Shown here one piece after another: positions 1-12,920 of a DNA stretch of 64,000 nucleotides. The notes below the pieces were generated by a model. It was not told the origin of the DNA, did not search any database, and was given only the letters and a program-made list of their open reading frames with translations. Source of the stretch: Octopus vulgaris (lineage: Eukaryota). Within the stretch, counting starts at the first letter, position 1. Every line of letters starts with the position of its first letter. The position numbers and the translations under genes were made by a program. Location: contig OX597834.1 in the NCBI GenBank assembly GCA_951406725.2, positions 7,130,001 through 7,194,000 of the forward strand, given 5' to 3'.

Positions 1-30
1 CTCTAATCACTGGACCATTGCACCTCCACA

Positions 31-280
31 AATGCGTCCTTTTAAAGCCTAGCCAGGCTCATGGGCCCGGTTTCCCAGTTTCTATGCTGTATGTATTCTC
101 CAGCTGGACAGGACGCCAGTCCATCGCAGCGTTACTCATTTTTGCAAGCTGAGTGGACTGAAGTAACGTGAAATGAAGTGTTTTGCTCAAGAACACAACG
201 CGTCGCCCGGTCCAGGAATTGAAACCACAATCTTACAATCATGATGCTGACACCCTAACCACTAAGCCACGTGCCTCTAC
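31..280 (-). mobile_element. tRNA-derived SINE with V-SINE-like central segment
   Basis: The minus strand starts GTAGAGGCACGTGGCTTAGTGGTTAGG (A box) ... GGTTTCAATTCC (B box) and contains GCGATGGACTGGCGTCCTGTCCAG. Related pieces lie at about 38830-38970, 55797-55930 and 61374-61550. Confidence 0.75.
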
Positions 281-856
281 ACTGAAAATATGGTATTTTT
301 TTTTTTAAAAAAGGGGATAGTCAGCCATAGTTCTGATAGAAAAGATATATTTGGCGCACGACATCTTTCTCACATGATAACCACATCAACGAATATTAGG
401 AAAATAAGTTCTAAATTTCCTTTAATAATCATACCTTACAAGGTGTGTAAAATGCTCATCCACTGTCAAACAAGTTATGCAAATATCTAAAAACTAGAAA
501 ATGAAAAGAACTAAGAAAATGCAGATTTTGGGGAAAAAATATATATATAACACTGACAACAACAATAACAACACCAACAACGATAAACCAGGTAGTGACG
601 ATGGCATGAGGTCCATAGAGTATACATCTAAAAATAAACGCTTCAAACATAAATACACATTTTGTAAACATGTCAGAAAAATTGTAAAAATCCTGCCATT
701 CAACACCCACGGCATTAAAGAATCTTTAAGGCTCTAGAATATTTATGGTGCCATAATTCAAGAAACAATTTTACTACCGAAGCACAGAACACCAAACATT
801 ATGAATTACACGACGGGAAAAAGTTTATAACACAGATAAGCAAAATTGTATCTTAA

Positions 857-980
<124 letters not shown>

Positions 981-1004
981 GTTATCATGTACATTGTTTT
1001 GTCT

Positions 1005-2075
1005 GAAGTGTTATCATGTACATTGTTTTGTCTTGGTATAAAAGATGGGCTACAGCAAATATTCTGCTCAATACCACAGATTTGCTTGTCAGTTGTTTGA
1101 CCTTAACAAGTTGAGCATGTCCCTTAGTGGCTGACGATACGTGCATCTCTGATCACGAGCAGAAGTAGTGGGGGAGCATCATAGCCATGTGTTGAGAGGG
1201 ATTCTTTGAGGTTTGAATAATTCACCTCTGGAAACATGGGTGGTTCTTTCAACATCCTTAAACAACCCTTATTCAGAGACCTTTTGAGCGGGATGGGTTA
1301 CTTGATCTGAAGAAAATTCTAACTGGGCTCCACCTGCAAGGTCATGTGCTGTTTATCTTGATATGAGATCACCATGTCGCGCACATATGGTTGTGATGCA
1401 TGTGCCTGGTGTACCCTTATCAGACGGGTAGTCATGATGGGTATACTGGGCTTCGTATATTTTACCCCAGTGTCACTTTGATGGCATGCACTGCTCTCTC
1501 ACTCAATAATAATAATATGCCCTGATGCAGTATCAGGCAGTAGCGCTCATGGATTTTAATCTTAATTGATTGGAAGTGATATCATGTACATTTTTTTGTC
1601 TTGGTATAAAAGATGGACTGCAGCAAATATTCTGCTCAATACCACAGATTGAGGTCGACTTTGCCTTTCATCCTTTTGGGGTCGATAAATTAAGTACCAG
1701 TTACGCACTGGGGTCGATGTAATCGACTTAATCCGTTTGTCTGTTCTTGTTTGTCCCCTCTGTTTTTAGCCCCTTGTGGGTAGTAAAACAAGTCTGGAAA
1801 CATGGGTGTTTTGTTCAACATCCTTAAACAACACTTATTCAAAGACGTCTTGAGCGGGATGGGTTACTTGACCTGAAGAAAATTCTAACTGGACCCCGAC
1901 CTGCAAGGTCATGCATTGTTTATTTTGATCTGAGATCACCATGTTGTGCACATATGGTTGTGATGCATGTACTTTGGGTAGCCTTATCAGACGGGTAGCC
2001 ATGATGGGTATATTCGGCTTCATATATTTTACCCCCCCCCGTGTCACTCTGATGGCATGCTCTGCTCTCTCACTC
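1005..2075 (+). mobile_element. Two tandem copies of a non-LTR retrotransposon 3' UTR ending in (AAT)n (probably Dong/R4-like)
   Basis: 1005-1516 and 1517-2075 are near-identical and end ...GTGTCACT(T/C)TGATGGCATGC(A/T)CTGCTCTCTCACTC. The first copy has an AAT tail. The second is interrupted by a Meta-domain SINE fragment (about 1650-1790). The same terminus occurs inside (ATT)n at about 25128-25177 and 25270-25308 (-). Family assignment is inferred from TAA-repeat targeting. Confidence 0.6.
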
Positions 2076-2095
2076 CCTCAACGATGATGATAATG

Positions 2096-2129
<34 letters not shown>

Positions 2130-2427
2130 CAATAATAATGATGATATTTATGAAATGAAAGGATATGTATATATATGTATATATATATATGTGTGTGTGT
2201 ACACACACTCGTGTTCACACACACATGCACACACATATATATGTTCACACACATCCACACACACAAACACACACATATACATATATGTTTATATGTGTGT
2301 ATAGTTGAAATTTACAGAAAAACGCAAGACGAAGACAGGTGTATAAACAACAAGCAGGTGTTTTAGTTTGACGATCGGGAAGGTGAGAAAGTCTTTAATG
2401 TTATATATATATGTATGTATATATATA

Positions 2428-2500
<73 letters not shown>

Positions 2501-2520
2501 TGTGTGTGTGTGTGTGTGTG

Positions 2521-2631
2521 TTATTGTGCTTCTGAGACTAAAATGATGTGCTCAGCAAGTTCTGTGGTAATGTAAGTAACATTACCACAGAACTTGCTGA
2601 GCACATCATTTTAGTCTCAGAAGCACAATAA
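2521..2631. repeat. Perfect inverted repeat, 53-bp arms with 5-nt loop
   Basis: 2521-2573 is the exact reverse complement of 2579-2631; the loop is AAGTA. Confidence 0.97.
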
Positions 2632-3062
2632 TTGAGGGATATATTACGATACCCAACACAATGTGTTTATTGTGTAGGACAAATACGAAAAGGGGCAGCA
2701 TAATATTGTTTCCATTCATATCCCTTTTACATCTTTAATAATCTATCTTAACACAGAGATTAACCTCATTAATCCAACTTCAACAGCCCTTTCTTAGCTA
2801 TCATTGTCTTGGGGGTTAGAGACCAGGCCACACAGCATCTTGCTAAACAAAATTCTCACTCTCTATCATTATACATCATTTATTCATTTATTCACTGTGA
2901 TAAAAAGGGATAACTACCTTTCCCTGAAACAGCAGCTAAATATTACTCAAATAACACTGCTGGGATAAAAAAAAGAACCCCAAAATTACACTGAACAATG
3001 TAGCAGTTAAAATGAGATGGTATGGTTACAACTGGAATATATTGTGCAATAAAATCTGGCAT

Positions 3063-3466
3063 AGGCGTAGGAGTGGCTGTGTGGTAAGTAGCTTGCTTAC
3101 CAACCACATAGTTCTGGGTTCAGTCCCACTGCGTGGAACCTTGTGCAAGGGTCTTCTACTATAGCCTCGGGCCGACCAAAACCTTGAGTGGATTTGGTAG
3201 ACGGAAACTGAAAGAAGCCCGTCGCATATATGTATATATACATATGTGTGTTTGTTAGTGTGTCTGTGTTTGTCGCCCCCAACATAACTTGACAACCGAT
3301 GCTGGTGTGTTTAAGTCCCTGTAACTTGGCGGTTTGACAAAAGAGACTGATAGAATAAGTACTAGGATTACAAAGAATAAGTCCTGGGGTTGATTTGGTC
3401 GACTAAGGGCAGTGCTCTAGTGTGGCCACAGTCAAATGACTGAAGTAAGTAAATGAGTAAAAGGGA
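3063..3466 (+). mobile_element. tRNA-derived SINE family A (about 400 bp, internal (TA/TG)n, GTAAAAGA-like tail)
   Basis: Head AGGCGTAGGAGTGGCTGTGTGGTAAG ... GGTTCAGTCCC (pol III A/B boxes). More than 15 homologous copies or fragments occur in the window. Confidence 0.9.
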
Positions 3467-3530
<64 letters not shown>

Positions 3531-3534
<4 letters not shown>

Positions 3535-3738
3535 AATGTGACCGCGTGTATACTGTTGGCGATTTTTTTTCCTTCGTCTTCCCTTCTCTGGATCTTTCCT
3601 TTTGCTATGTTTCTGACGAAGAGCTCCGCTCGAAACGTTAAACCCTCCTTCTTCCCTACCTTCCTGAGCGTCCAATAACACTATATTTGTTCTACATCCT
3701 CGCGTTGTTGTGTTTTCACTTTGTGTTTTCATGTTTGG

Positions 3739-3746
<8 letters not shown>
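3531..3746 (+). mobile_element. About 215-bp PLE-derived mini-element carrying a minimal hammerhead, within (TA)n
   Basis: Flanked by (TA)n on both sides. A second copy with the same boundaries lies at 39613-39826. Confidence 0.75.
3609..3643 (+). ncRNA. Minimal type I hammerhead ribozyme
   Basis: GTTT-CTGACGA-A-GAGC(TCC)GCTC-GAAA-CG-TT-AAAC: stem I GTTT/AAAC, stem II GAGC/GCTC, palindromic stem III ACGT, GUU site. Confidence 0.8.
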
Positions 3747-3817
<71 letters not shown>

Positions 3818-3860
3818 GAATAAAAAAATGGAGTTAACGCAGGTGTAATCAAATATTTTT

Positions 3861-3944
3861 CTTTCGACACATGTTTCGAAAATTCCACTGATACTATTCA
3901 AAAGAATAAATGGTATAAACAATGCAATCTTCTCCTCAGGAAAG
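3861..3944 (-). ncRNA. Hammerhead ribozyme with extended stem II (inverted copy of 4662-4745)
   Basis: The reverse complement reads CTTTC-CTGAGGA-G...C-GAAA-C-ATGT-GTC-GAAAG. Confidence 0.8.
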
Positions 3945-4144
3945 TGAAAAAAAGAAACTCGTCAATAAGACATTTTAGCAAAAAATGATGGATTTGCATA
4001 GCGATAGACAGAACGCTATTAATATTGTTTTAAAAACGTTATATGATATAACGTCATAAGTAGCTAACAGAAAGAGTAGGGATATTAATAGTGAATGTTA
4101 AATATAAAGGAAATTAAAGTTTAAATTATAAATGATGATAGAGA

Positions 4145-4430
4145 CTACTTATATGCACTAAATGTATGTTTTTGCCAATGCTTACATCTGTATGCTCGCT
4201 CTATAACCGTGTTTATTAGAGTATTTTTAGAAAAAATAATGAAAAATAGCTCAGAATTGCAGAGAAGACGGAATTTCTTGCCTTTATCATATGGTATCGA
4301 AATTGAGAGAAACAACCATTCTAAATGAAATTGTTCATTGTGGTCTTTTAAATCCCAAATCAGTTTGCTGAGACCGGTACTATTCCGTTTATTTCTATCC
4401 ATAAATGTTGAGTAATGGATAGAAATTTGG
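4145..4430 (-). pseudogene. C-terminal fragment of a Penelope-like GIY-YIG endonuclease
   Basis: HYSTF...NSTGLSKLIWDLKD...LEW...PY...LCNSELFFI...LIN...RCKH resembles the STxLSKxIWxLK...CxLCxxEK...LN...CRH C-terminus of PLE ORFs. Confidence 0.8.
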
Positions 4431-4661
4431 CTAAAACATACATTTAGTGCATATAAGTAGTCTCTGTCATTATATATAATTTAAACTTTAATTTTCTTTA
4501 TATTTAACATTCACTATTAATATCCCTACTGTTTCTGTTAGCTACTTATGACGTTATATCATATAACGTTTTTATAACAATATTAATAGCGTTCTGTCTA
4601 TCGCTATGCAAATCCATCATTTTTTGCTAAAATGTCTTATTGACGAGTTTCGTTTTTTTCA

Positions 4662-4745
4662 CTTTCCTGAGGAGAAGACTGCATTGTTTATACCATTTAT
4701 TCTCTTGAATAGTATCAGTGGAATTTTCGAAACATGTGTCGAAAG
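4662..4745 (+). ncRNA. Hammerhead ribozyme with extended stem II
   Basis: Stem I CTTTC/GAAAG, CTGAGGA at 4667-4673, about 55-nt stem II hairpin (CATTG/CAGTG, ATAC/GTAT, TATTC/GAATA), GAAA at 4729-4732, palindromic ACATGT, GUC site at 4738-4740. Confidence 0.82.
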
Positions 4746-4938
4746 AAAAAATATTTGATTACACCTGCGTTAACTCCATTTTTTTATTCATATTATTCAA
4801 AATATTCAACGTAAACACGAAGTTTCTACCTTTATAAACAAGGAGTTACAACACCTTTACTTGTGAGATTTTTGCTGCCCTGGTAACTAGTTATTAATTT
4901 TTTCCGTGTTAATTGTTAACAAGGTAAAAATACACTCA

Positions 4939-4986
<48 letters not shown>

Positions 4987-5829
4987 AATATATACATATA
5001 TACATGTATGTGTGTATCTGTGTTTGTCCCCCCAACATCGCTTCACAACCGATGCTGGTGTGTTTACGTCCCCGTAACTTAGTGGTTCGGCAAAAGGGAC
5101 CGATAGAATAAGTACTAGGCTTACTGTGCTCGACTAAAGGTGATGCTCTAGCATGGCCACAGTGAAATGACTGAAACGAGTAAAAGAGTAAAAAGAGACA
5201 GAGAGAGTATAAAGCTATAAAAACAACTTCTATAAAACTCCATTCGTGTTACCATGACCTGACAATAATTGGAGCAATGCACCACACCATCATAAAATTT
5301 TCAGGTGTTTATTTGAAGAATGCAATTAAAAATCTATTTGGCTTAATTTCCTTGAAGCACTGTAAGAGAGGCAAGGCAATCGGATAAGAACTATTGTATT
5401 GGGTTTTATTAAGGAAGAAGAATTTGCGTATTATATTCTGTAGCAACCAATTAATTTGCAATAAATATATAATCATCTTGAAGAATACGGTAAACATCAT
5501 TCTACTTCCATACACAGGTGCAATTCTTGTCTTACTTGTAATAATCCACTTCGTAATTATCTTTGACAGTTAATTAATTATACTCATATGAATTTAATAT
5601 AAAAATGAAATTAATAAAGAAAATGAAGCACATATGTTTCCATGAGCTGACGAAATGACATTAAAACATTTCTTAATAACATCGTTATAAGTTTCTTATA
5701 TATTTGCCATCGACAGAAATTTCTTTTATTCTTGTGGTTAGCAAGATTATTATTTATAGTTCTGCTTTTAACTATTCAATAAACAGCAGATTTCTTTTAT
5801 TGCCAATATTCATACTTATACTTACACAC

Positions 5830-6424
<595 letters not shown>

Positions 6425-7029
6425 TGTTATATGTTCTAAAATTACTTCCATTTGCATTAATTTTATTTATCGCCTCCTTATAAAGAATGAAAAGAACTGA
6501 ATTTTCTTTGCAATTCAGTGTAAACAATTCAACTTAGAAAATGCTTAGAAAAGTTTTCTTCAGTGCAAATATTGTACTGAATTCTATTCGAAAATATGTT
6601 GCAACATTCCTCTTTTTTTCTTTTTTTAATCTTATTTCTAAAACTTTCGTTTCTAATAAAATTTGAAATGTCAAATAATCATAATTATATACATACATAA
6701 ATATATATTTTATTTGTATTATATATATATATATATATAAATGTATATATATATATATATATATACATATATAAACATGCATACGTATCTATACATAAAA
6801 TACATACATACACACACACATGTATTTACATACATCCATCTACACGCATATATACGCACACACACACACATATATATATATGCATGCATATATCTATATG
6901 TGTGTGTGTGTGTGAGTGTGTGTGTATGCACATGTGTGTGTGAGTAGTGTGTATATGCGTGTATATGTTTACGTATAAGCATTTCGTTTGTCCGGTTAAA
7001 TTACTTGTCTGTTTCTATTTTGAAGTTAG

Positions 7030-7290
7030 TGAGGAGGAGGAGGAGGAGGAGGGAAGGAGGTGGGGAGAAGGAGGAGAAGAAGAAGAAGAAGATGAAGGAG
7101 GAGAAGAAATTGAAGAAGGAGGAGAAGAAGATGAAGAAGGAGGAGTAGTAGAAGAAGATGAAGAAGGAGAAGGAGTATGATGAAGAAGGAGGAGAAGAAG
7201 ATGAAGAAGGAGGAGGAGTAGATGAAGAAGGAGAAGATGAAGAAGGAGGAGTAGATGAAGAAGGAGGAGAAGATGAAGAAGGAGGAGGGA

Positions 7291-7328
<38 letters not shown>

Positions 7329-7481
7329 AAGATAGAAGAAGAAGATAGAAGAAGAAGTAGTAGTAGTAGTAGTAGTAGTAGAAGATAGAAGAAGAAGAAG
7401 AAGAAGTAATAATAGTAGTAGTAGTAGTAGTAGTAGTAGAAAATAGAAGAAGAAGGTAGAAGAAGTAGTAGTAGTAGCAGC

Positions 7482-7513
<32 letters not shown>

Positions 7514-7545
7514 AAGAAGAAGGTAGAAGAAGTAGTAGTAGTAGC

Positions 7546-7583
<38 letters not shown>

Positions 7584-7620
7584 AAGAAGAAGAAGCAGAA
7601 GAAGAAGAAGAAGAAGAAGA
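7030..7620. repeat. Purine-rich (GAA/GGA/GTA)n trinucleotide tract
   Basis: Directly visible low-complexity sequence. Confidence 0.95.
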
Positions 7621-8260
7621 ACTGAATACAATCTCAGTACCTTCAATGGTGAGACTTAGTAAAAGATAAGTAGGATGGTTTGGTGTGGTTATGGTTCAGT
7701 CAAGCATTGGTTGATATTGTTAAGTGTTTGGTGTGATCTGAATGAATAGCTTTGAGGCAAAGGAGAGTTTGGAAAAATTAAATGTGTTTAATAGCCACGA
7801 GGTGAAATGAGGTAACATCTCTGATTGCTGCCCTTCTTGCGAAATAGAGTATTTGAGAGAGAGAGAGGGGCAGGGAGAGACAGAGAGAGAGTGAAAGAGG
7901 AGAGAGAGAAAGAGGAGAGAGAGAAAGAGGAGAGAGAGAAAGAGGAGAGAGAGAAAGAGGAGAGAGAGGGGGTGGGAGAGTACTGGCATTGAAAAAAACA
8001 GGTAAAATGTTGAAGAGGAAGGCTGATGCAGAGGGAGGTGGAGATATGTTGAATCTCATATCTTTTACTTGTTTCAGTGATTAGTCTGTGGCCATGCTGG
8101 GGCACTGCTTTGTAGAATCTCCTAGTACTTTTTTTTAAGTCTGGTACTTATTCTATTAGTCACCTTGGTCAAATTTGATATTCTCTGTTATTTTGTTGAC
8201 TTAAGAAGTGGTGGAGGGATTTCGGCTGAGAACATAGCTGCCAAAGTAAGATGAGAAAGG

Positions 8261-8440
8261 TTTAACCCTTTCATTACTGTATTTATTCTGAGATGCTCTG
8301 TGTTTCTTTCATTTACTTTAGATAAAACAAAGAATTTAATAAAATAATTTTGTCATCGTTACGCTAACGCTAGGAACATAAATTGTGACTAAGGTTTGAT
8401 CGAAGATTTTAATTCAAAACTTATGAAAACTTATGAAAAC
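8261..8440. mobile_element. Fragment of a piggyBac-like (TTAA-CCC) MITE
   Basis: Starts TTAACCCTTTC and is homologous to the fuller copy at 36830-37037. Confidence 0.55.
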
Positions 8441-9478
8441 TATTATCACTATGCATGTTCTTGGGATTATTGCTCCTATGAAATTGCTGAGGGGCTTACC
8501 ATTCTAAAATAAACAAATTCAACCAAACTATCATCTACCTTATGTTGCAATCTCCTGAAATAAAATTTTTCTGACTGAAAACCAAAAGCTTAATTTGGTG
8601 CAATGACCATAGTCAACCAGGTTGGTAACGAAAGGCTCAAGGATGCTATTACCTTTAATTGGCATCAAAAGAATTCTCCATCTGAGTGAAGGGTAAGTTG
8701 TATCATGCTCATATGCACAGTGTGGAGATATTGGCAATACATAAGTATTGGATGCTAAAAATCTGCGAAGGCAAAAAGGAAATGAATTGAATATGCTCCA
8801 CTGATGGTAATATTGATTTCAAATTTTGGTACAAGGCCAGAAATTTTTATGAGGGGTCAGAGTGTATGTGTGTGTGTGGGGGGCTAAGTCGATTACATCA
8901 CCCCCAGTATTCAGTTGGTACTTATTTTATTGACATTGAAAGGATGAAAAACAATGTAGACCTTGGTGGAGTTTGAACTCAGAACATAAGGGCAGACAAA
9001 ATGCTGCTAAGCATTTTGACCATTGCACTAACAATTCTTCCAGCTTGCCGTCTTTCATCTGGCAGTAATATATATATATATATATGAAGGAATGAAGGAG
9101 CACAAAGAAGGTGGGTAAAACTGGAAATAAGAAGAATAGAAGTAGTGTGCAAGGGAGAACTTCTCAACTGTACAGGAATATGGTGTGCATAGAGGATGTC
9201 ATTAGGCCAAAGAAGTGTCAAGTGCTCCAGATGAAAGGAACTGATAAAAGAGGAAGACATGGGAATAAGTAGCTGAGGATTACCTGAAGAACTGACAAAA
9301 CCTGCAATAAGAGGTGGGTCTCTTTGCGGAAGGAAACCTGTTCAAATCACGCGATGTGATTTGCCTTTTTTTAAGTCATTGATTTAAAAATGATTCGATT
9401 ACTATATTTTGCTGACAAAGTGATAACATCGATGCTTCTTCACCAGCTCCTTTTTAAGCCGTACTAGACATAGCAAGA

Positions 9479-9692
9479 GTGGAGGCACATGGCCTAGTGG
9501 CTGGAGCAGCAGACTCACAATCGAGGGATCGCAGGTTCGAATCTCAGGCTGGGCGATGTGTGTGCTTATGAGCGAAACACCTAAGCTCCACGTTTCTCCG
9601 ACAGAAGGTAATGGTGAACTTCTGCTGACTCTTTTGCCACAACTTTCTTGCTCTTTCCTCCTGCATTTTGCAGCTCACCTGCGATGGACTGG
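9479..9692 (+). mobile_element. tRNA-derived SINE (head related to 28796-29186)
   Basis: GTGGAGGCACATGGCCTAGTGG ... GGTTCGAATCTC pol III boxes. Confidence 0.75.
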
Positions 9693-10413
9693 AAACAATT
9701 CTAGAGAAAATGCAGTGTGCTAAAGGTTAACTTCATTTATTGTTAAGTATTGTAAATGAATGAACATCACAATGCATGTCTGGCTCAGGGCAGCATATGT
9801 CTCTCAGCAGAAATTTCTATAAAATTATTTCAAATTTACTCTGAAAGCAATCAATTTAGATCTCTGTTGAACATGCACAATACACCAATACTTGCCTCCT
9901 ATTGTTTTGTCACTGCAATTACAAACTAATTGATGTAATTGTTTAATCATTATCGGTTGGAATAATCTTCTATTCATCTTGAGATGAATAAGAGATACTT
10001 ATTAAACTCAAGATGTTTAAGGAATTAATTATAATAAATTTATTTTGTCACACAGAAAATGAAATTAAATATTTAACGACCACTTTAAAATTCATGTTTA
10101 CAAAAAGATTTTTTTTTTATACAAGGGAATTGAAGCATATTTTTATTTTACATATTTTCTCCATCTCAGTAGAATGGAGATTCTTGCAAAGGAGAAGCAA
10201 TGCATTCATATATAAATGAAGTGAGTATATAAAAGGAAATATTTGTTAAGAAACAGGTGCAGGTGTGGCTGTGTGGTAAGAAGCTTGCTTCTCAACCACA
10301 TGGTTCCGGGTTCAGTCCCACTGTGTGGCACCTTGAGCAAGTGTCTTCTCCTATAACCCCAGGCCAACCAAAGCCATGTGAGTGAATTTGGTAGACAGAA
10401 ACTGAAAGAAGCG

Positions 10414-10979
10414 AAGGCGGCGAGATGGCAGAAACATTAGCACGCCGGGTGAAATGTTTAACGGTATTTCGTCTGCCGTTACGTTGTGAGTTCAAGTTCT
10501 GCTGAGGTCGACTTTGCCTTTCATCCTTTCGGGGTCGATTAAATAAGCACCAGTTACGCACTGGGGTCGATATAATCGACTTTAGCCGTTTGTCTGTCCT
10601 TGTTTGACCTCTCTGTGTTTAGCCCCTTGTGGGCAGTAAAGAAATAGATATTTCGTCTGCCGCTATGTTCTGAGTTCAAATTCCGCTGAGGTTGACTTTG
10701 CCTTTCATCCTTTTGAGGTCGATAAATTAAGTACCAGTTACGTACTGGGGTCGATACAATCGACTTAATCCGTTTGTCTGTCCTTGTTTGTCCTCTCTTC
10801 ATCTGCCGCTACGTTCTGAGTTCAAATTCCGCCGAGGTTGACTTTGCCTTTCATCCTTTTGAGGTCGATAAATTAAGTACCAGTTACGCACTGGGGTCGA
10901 TGTAATTGACTTAATCCGTTTGTCTGTCCTTGTTTGTCCTCTCTTTGTTTAGCTCCTTGTGGGTAGTAAAGAAATAGGT
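10414..10979 (+). mobile_element. Meta-domain-like SINE family B, tandem array (one head plus two partial units), following a family A head at 10255-10411
   Basis: GGCGGCGAGATGGCAGAAACATTAGC head, repeated GCCTTTCATCCTTT(C/T)G(G/A)GGTCGAT...AAG(T/C)ACCAG core, ends AAAGAAATAGGT. Confidence 0.85.
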
Positions 10980-11462
10980 ATATGTATTTGTGGAGTGCTC
11001 AGCTACTTGCATGTTAAATATGAGCCGGCTGTTCCATTGATCGGATGACCTGATAGATGCTCATATCTGTATATATGCGTGTGTATATATATTGGAAAAT
11101 ATTCTTTTTAAAACATGATTTATTGGAAACAAGACAATGTTGAAATCCAGTTTTTTTTTTATTAAAGATTTTTTTTTTCATATTTCCATAATAATTCTTT
11201 AGAATTTCAAAAATATTAGGAAGGTTATTGTTCCAAAACAAACATAACTTACTAATAAAGAAATACAAAAAACCTCCAAAATGGAAAAAAAAACCTGGAG
11301 AACAGCCATGTCTTTAATATACGCATATGTGTGTGTGTGTGTGCATATGTATGTCTACGTATATGCATGTACATACATATATACATATATCTATATATAT
11401 ATATATGTATATATATTTATTTATATATATATGTATATAAACATATATATATATACATATAC

Positions 11463-11511
<49 letters not shown>

Positions 11512-11514
11512 TAT

Positions 11515-11604
<90 letters not shown>

Positions 11605-12617
11605 GTGGGGGTACACACATACATATATATATTGCATGTGAGTGTCTGATGTGCTTTAAGAACAATATCTATCATATAAGACATTTCACAATTGAGCTTC
11701 ATTTATCAGAAATATGAAATTCCTGATAAAATTTAATCGCTTTTTTTTTTGGTAAAAGAAATGAAGGATAGCAGAAGGAAGAGTCGATAATCAGATGGGC
11801 GAAGGAAGTAGAAGAGAATGTGGAACAATATCAATAAAGAGCGATGTTGTTAAGGAAATATATCGGAAGGAAATAAATTGTTATTCGGAATAAGAAAATA
11901 AACAGGAGAGCATATCAGGCAACGGGATAAAACACACTTATAATAGGAGGAAGAGTGGGAGGTGACAGGTGTGTGGAAGTAATCAATGGTGTTGACATTC
12001 CTTTATATTTTACAGCAAAGAACATGTGGTTAAAATCTCTTTTATCTTTTTTGTTTCTGTCTTTAGACTGTGGCCATGCAGGAGCACCACCACCATCTTT
12101 TAGTCGAATGGATTGACTCCAATATTTATTTATTTATTTATTTATTTTTTTTTTTAAACCTGGCGCTAATTCTATTGGTCTCTTTGCCAAACCATTTAGT
12201 TACGGGAACCTGAACAAATCAATATCAGTTGCCAAGGGGTGGCAGGGAGACGAACACAGACACAACAATACATACATATATATATGTATGTAAAGCTTCC
12301 CGTTATATATTATGCGCTCACGTGGTCTCACTTTCATCCTATATTCTACCAATACCACTATCAACACTTACCTCTACCTTGGATTTTCTTTATACTTACC
12401 ATTGGCTGCACCTCTCTTTCGCGGATCAAAGTGACTTTGTTATTGATGTGAAATCCTTAAAAAATATACCACGACGTCTACACATTTCTAACCTTGAACT
12501 CTCAACCTTGAACTTGTTCGCATAAACTGTCCCGTTTGTTGTATTTTTATTTTCTCATATATTACTGCACGCATTTTTTTTCTCTCCTTCTTTCTGTGTT
12601 TTTTTTCTCTCTGTGTA

Positions 12618-12655
12618 TCTTTCTGTTGAAGAGCGTAGGCTCGAAACGTTAAAGA
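12618..12655 (+). ncRNA. Minimal hammerhead variant (CUGUUGA core) in a PLE-like pLTR fragment
   Basis: TCTTT-CTGTTGA-A-GAGC(GTAG)GCTC-GAAACGTT-AAAGA. All stems pair, but the core deviates from CUGANGA. Confidence 0.65.
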
Positions 12656-12809
12656 CTTGTTTTATTTATATTTCCTGACCACCATACTACCTACGAGAGA
12701 TTTGAAACTCAATATTTCCATATTCGTATATTGTATATATTCATATATATATATATATATATATACATATATATACACATATATATATATACATATATAT
12801 ACGCATATA

Positions 12810-12859
<50 letters not shown>

Positions 12860-12920
12860 ATCGATTAAACCACATGGGTATTTGACGCTCGTTAGGGTCT
12901 AATAAATTGTATCGAAGACA

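Larger units (their letters stand above)
3814..4940. mobile_element. Truncated Penelope-like retroelement with inverted pseudo-LTRs, inserted in (TA)n
   Basis: About 365-bp inverted arms (3814-4178 and 4427-4793) enclose a GIY-YIG C-terminal coding remnant. Each arm has an HHR, the right arm continues into a tail to 4940, and (TA)n lies on both flanks. Confidence 0.85.

Noticed and set aside
1180-1320. CCATGT/GAAACATGG pairing in the AAT-tailed element, resembling the permuted hammerhead
   Set aside because: The cleavage-site position is G, and the would-be stem I strand is not followed by CUGANGA.
3063-3135. tRNA-like sequences at SINE heads
   Set aside because: A/B boxes are present, but they continue into SINE bodies and lack a complete cloverleaf.
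9090-9300. Possible highly decayed RTE 3' fragment (KKCQVLQMKGTDKRGR)
   Set aside because: Similarity is too weak to support by eye.
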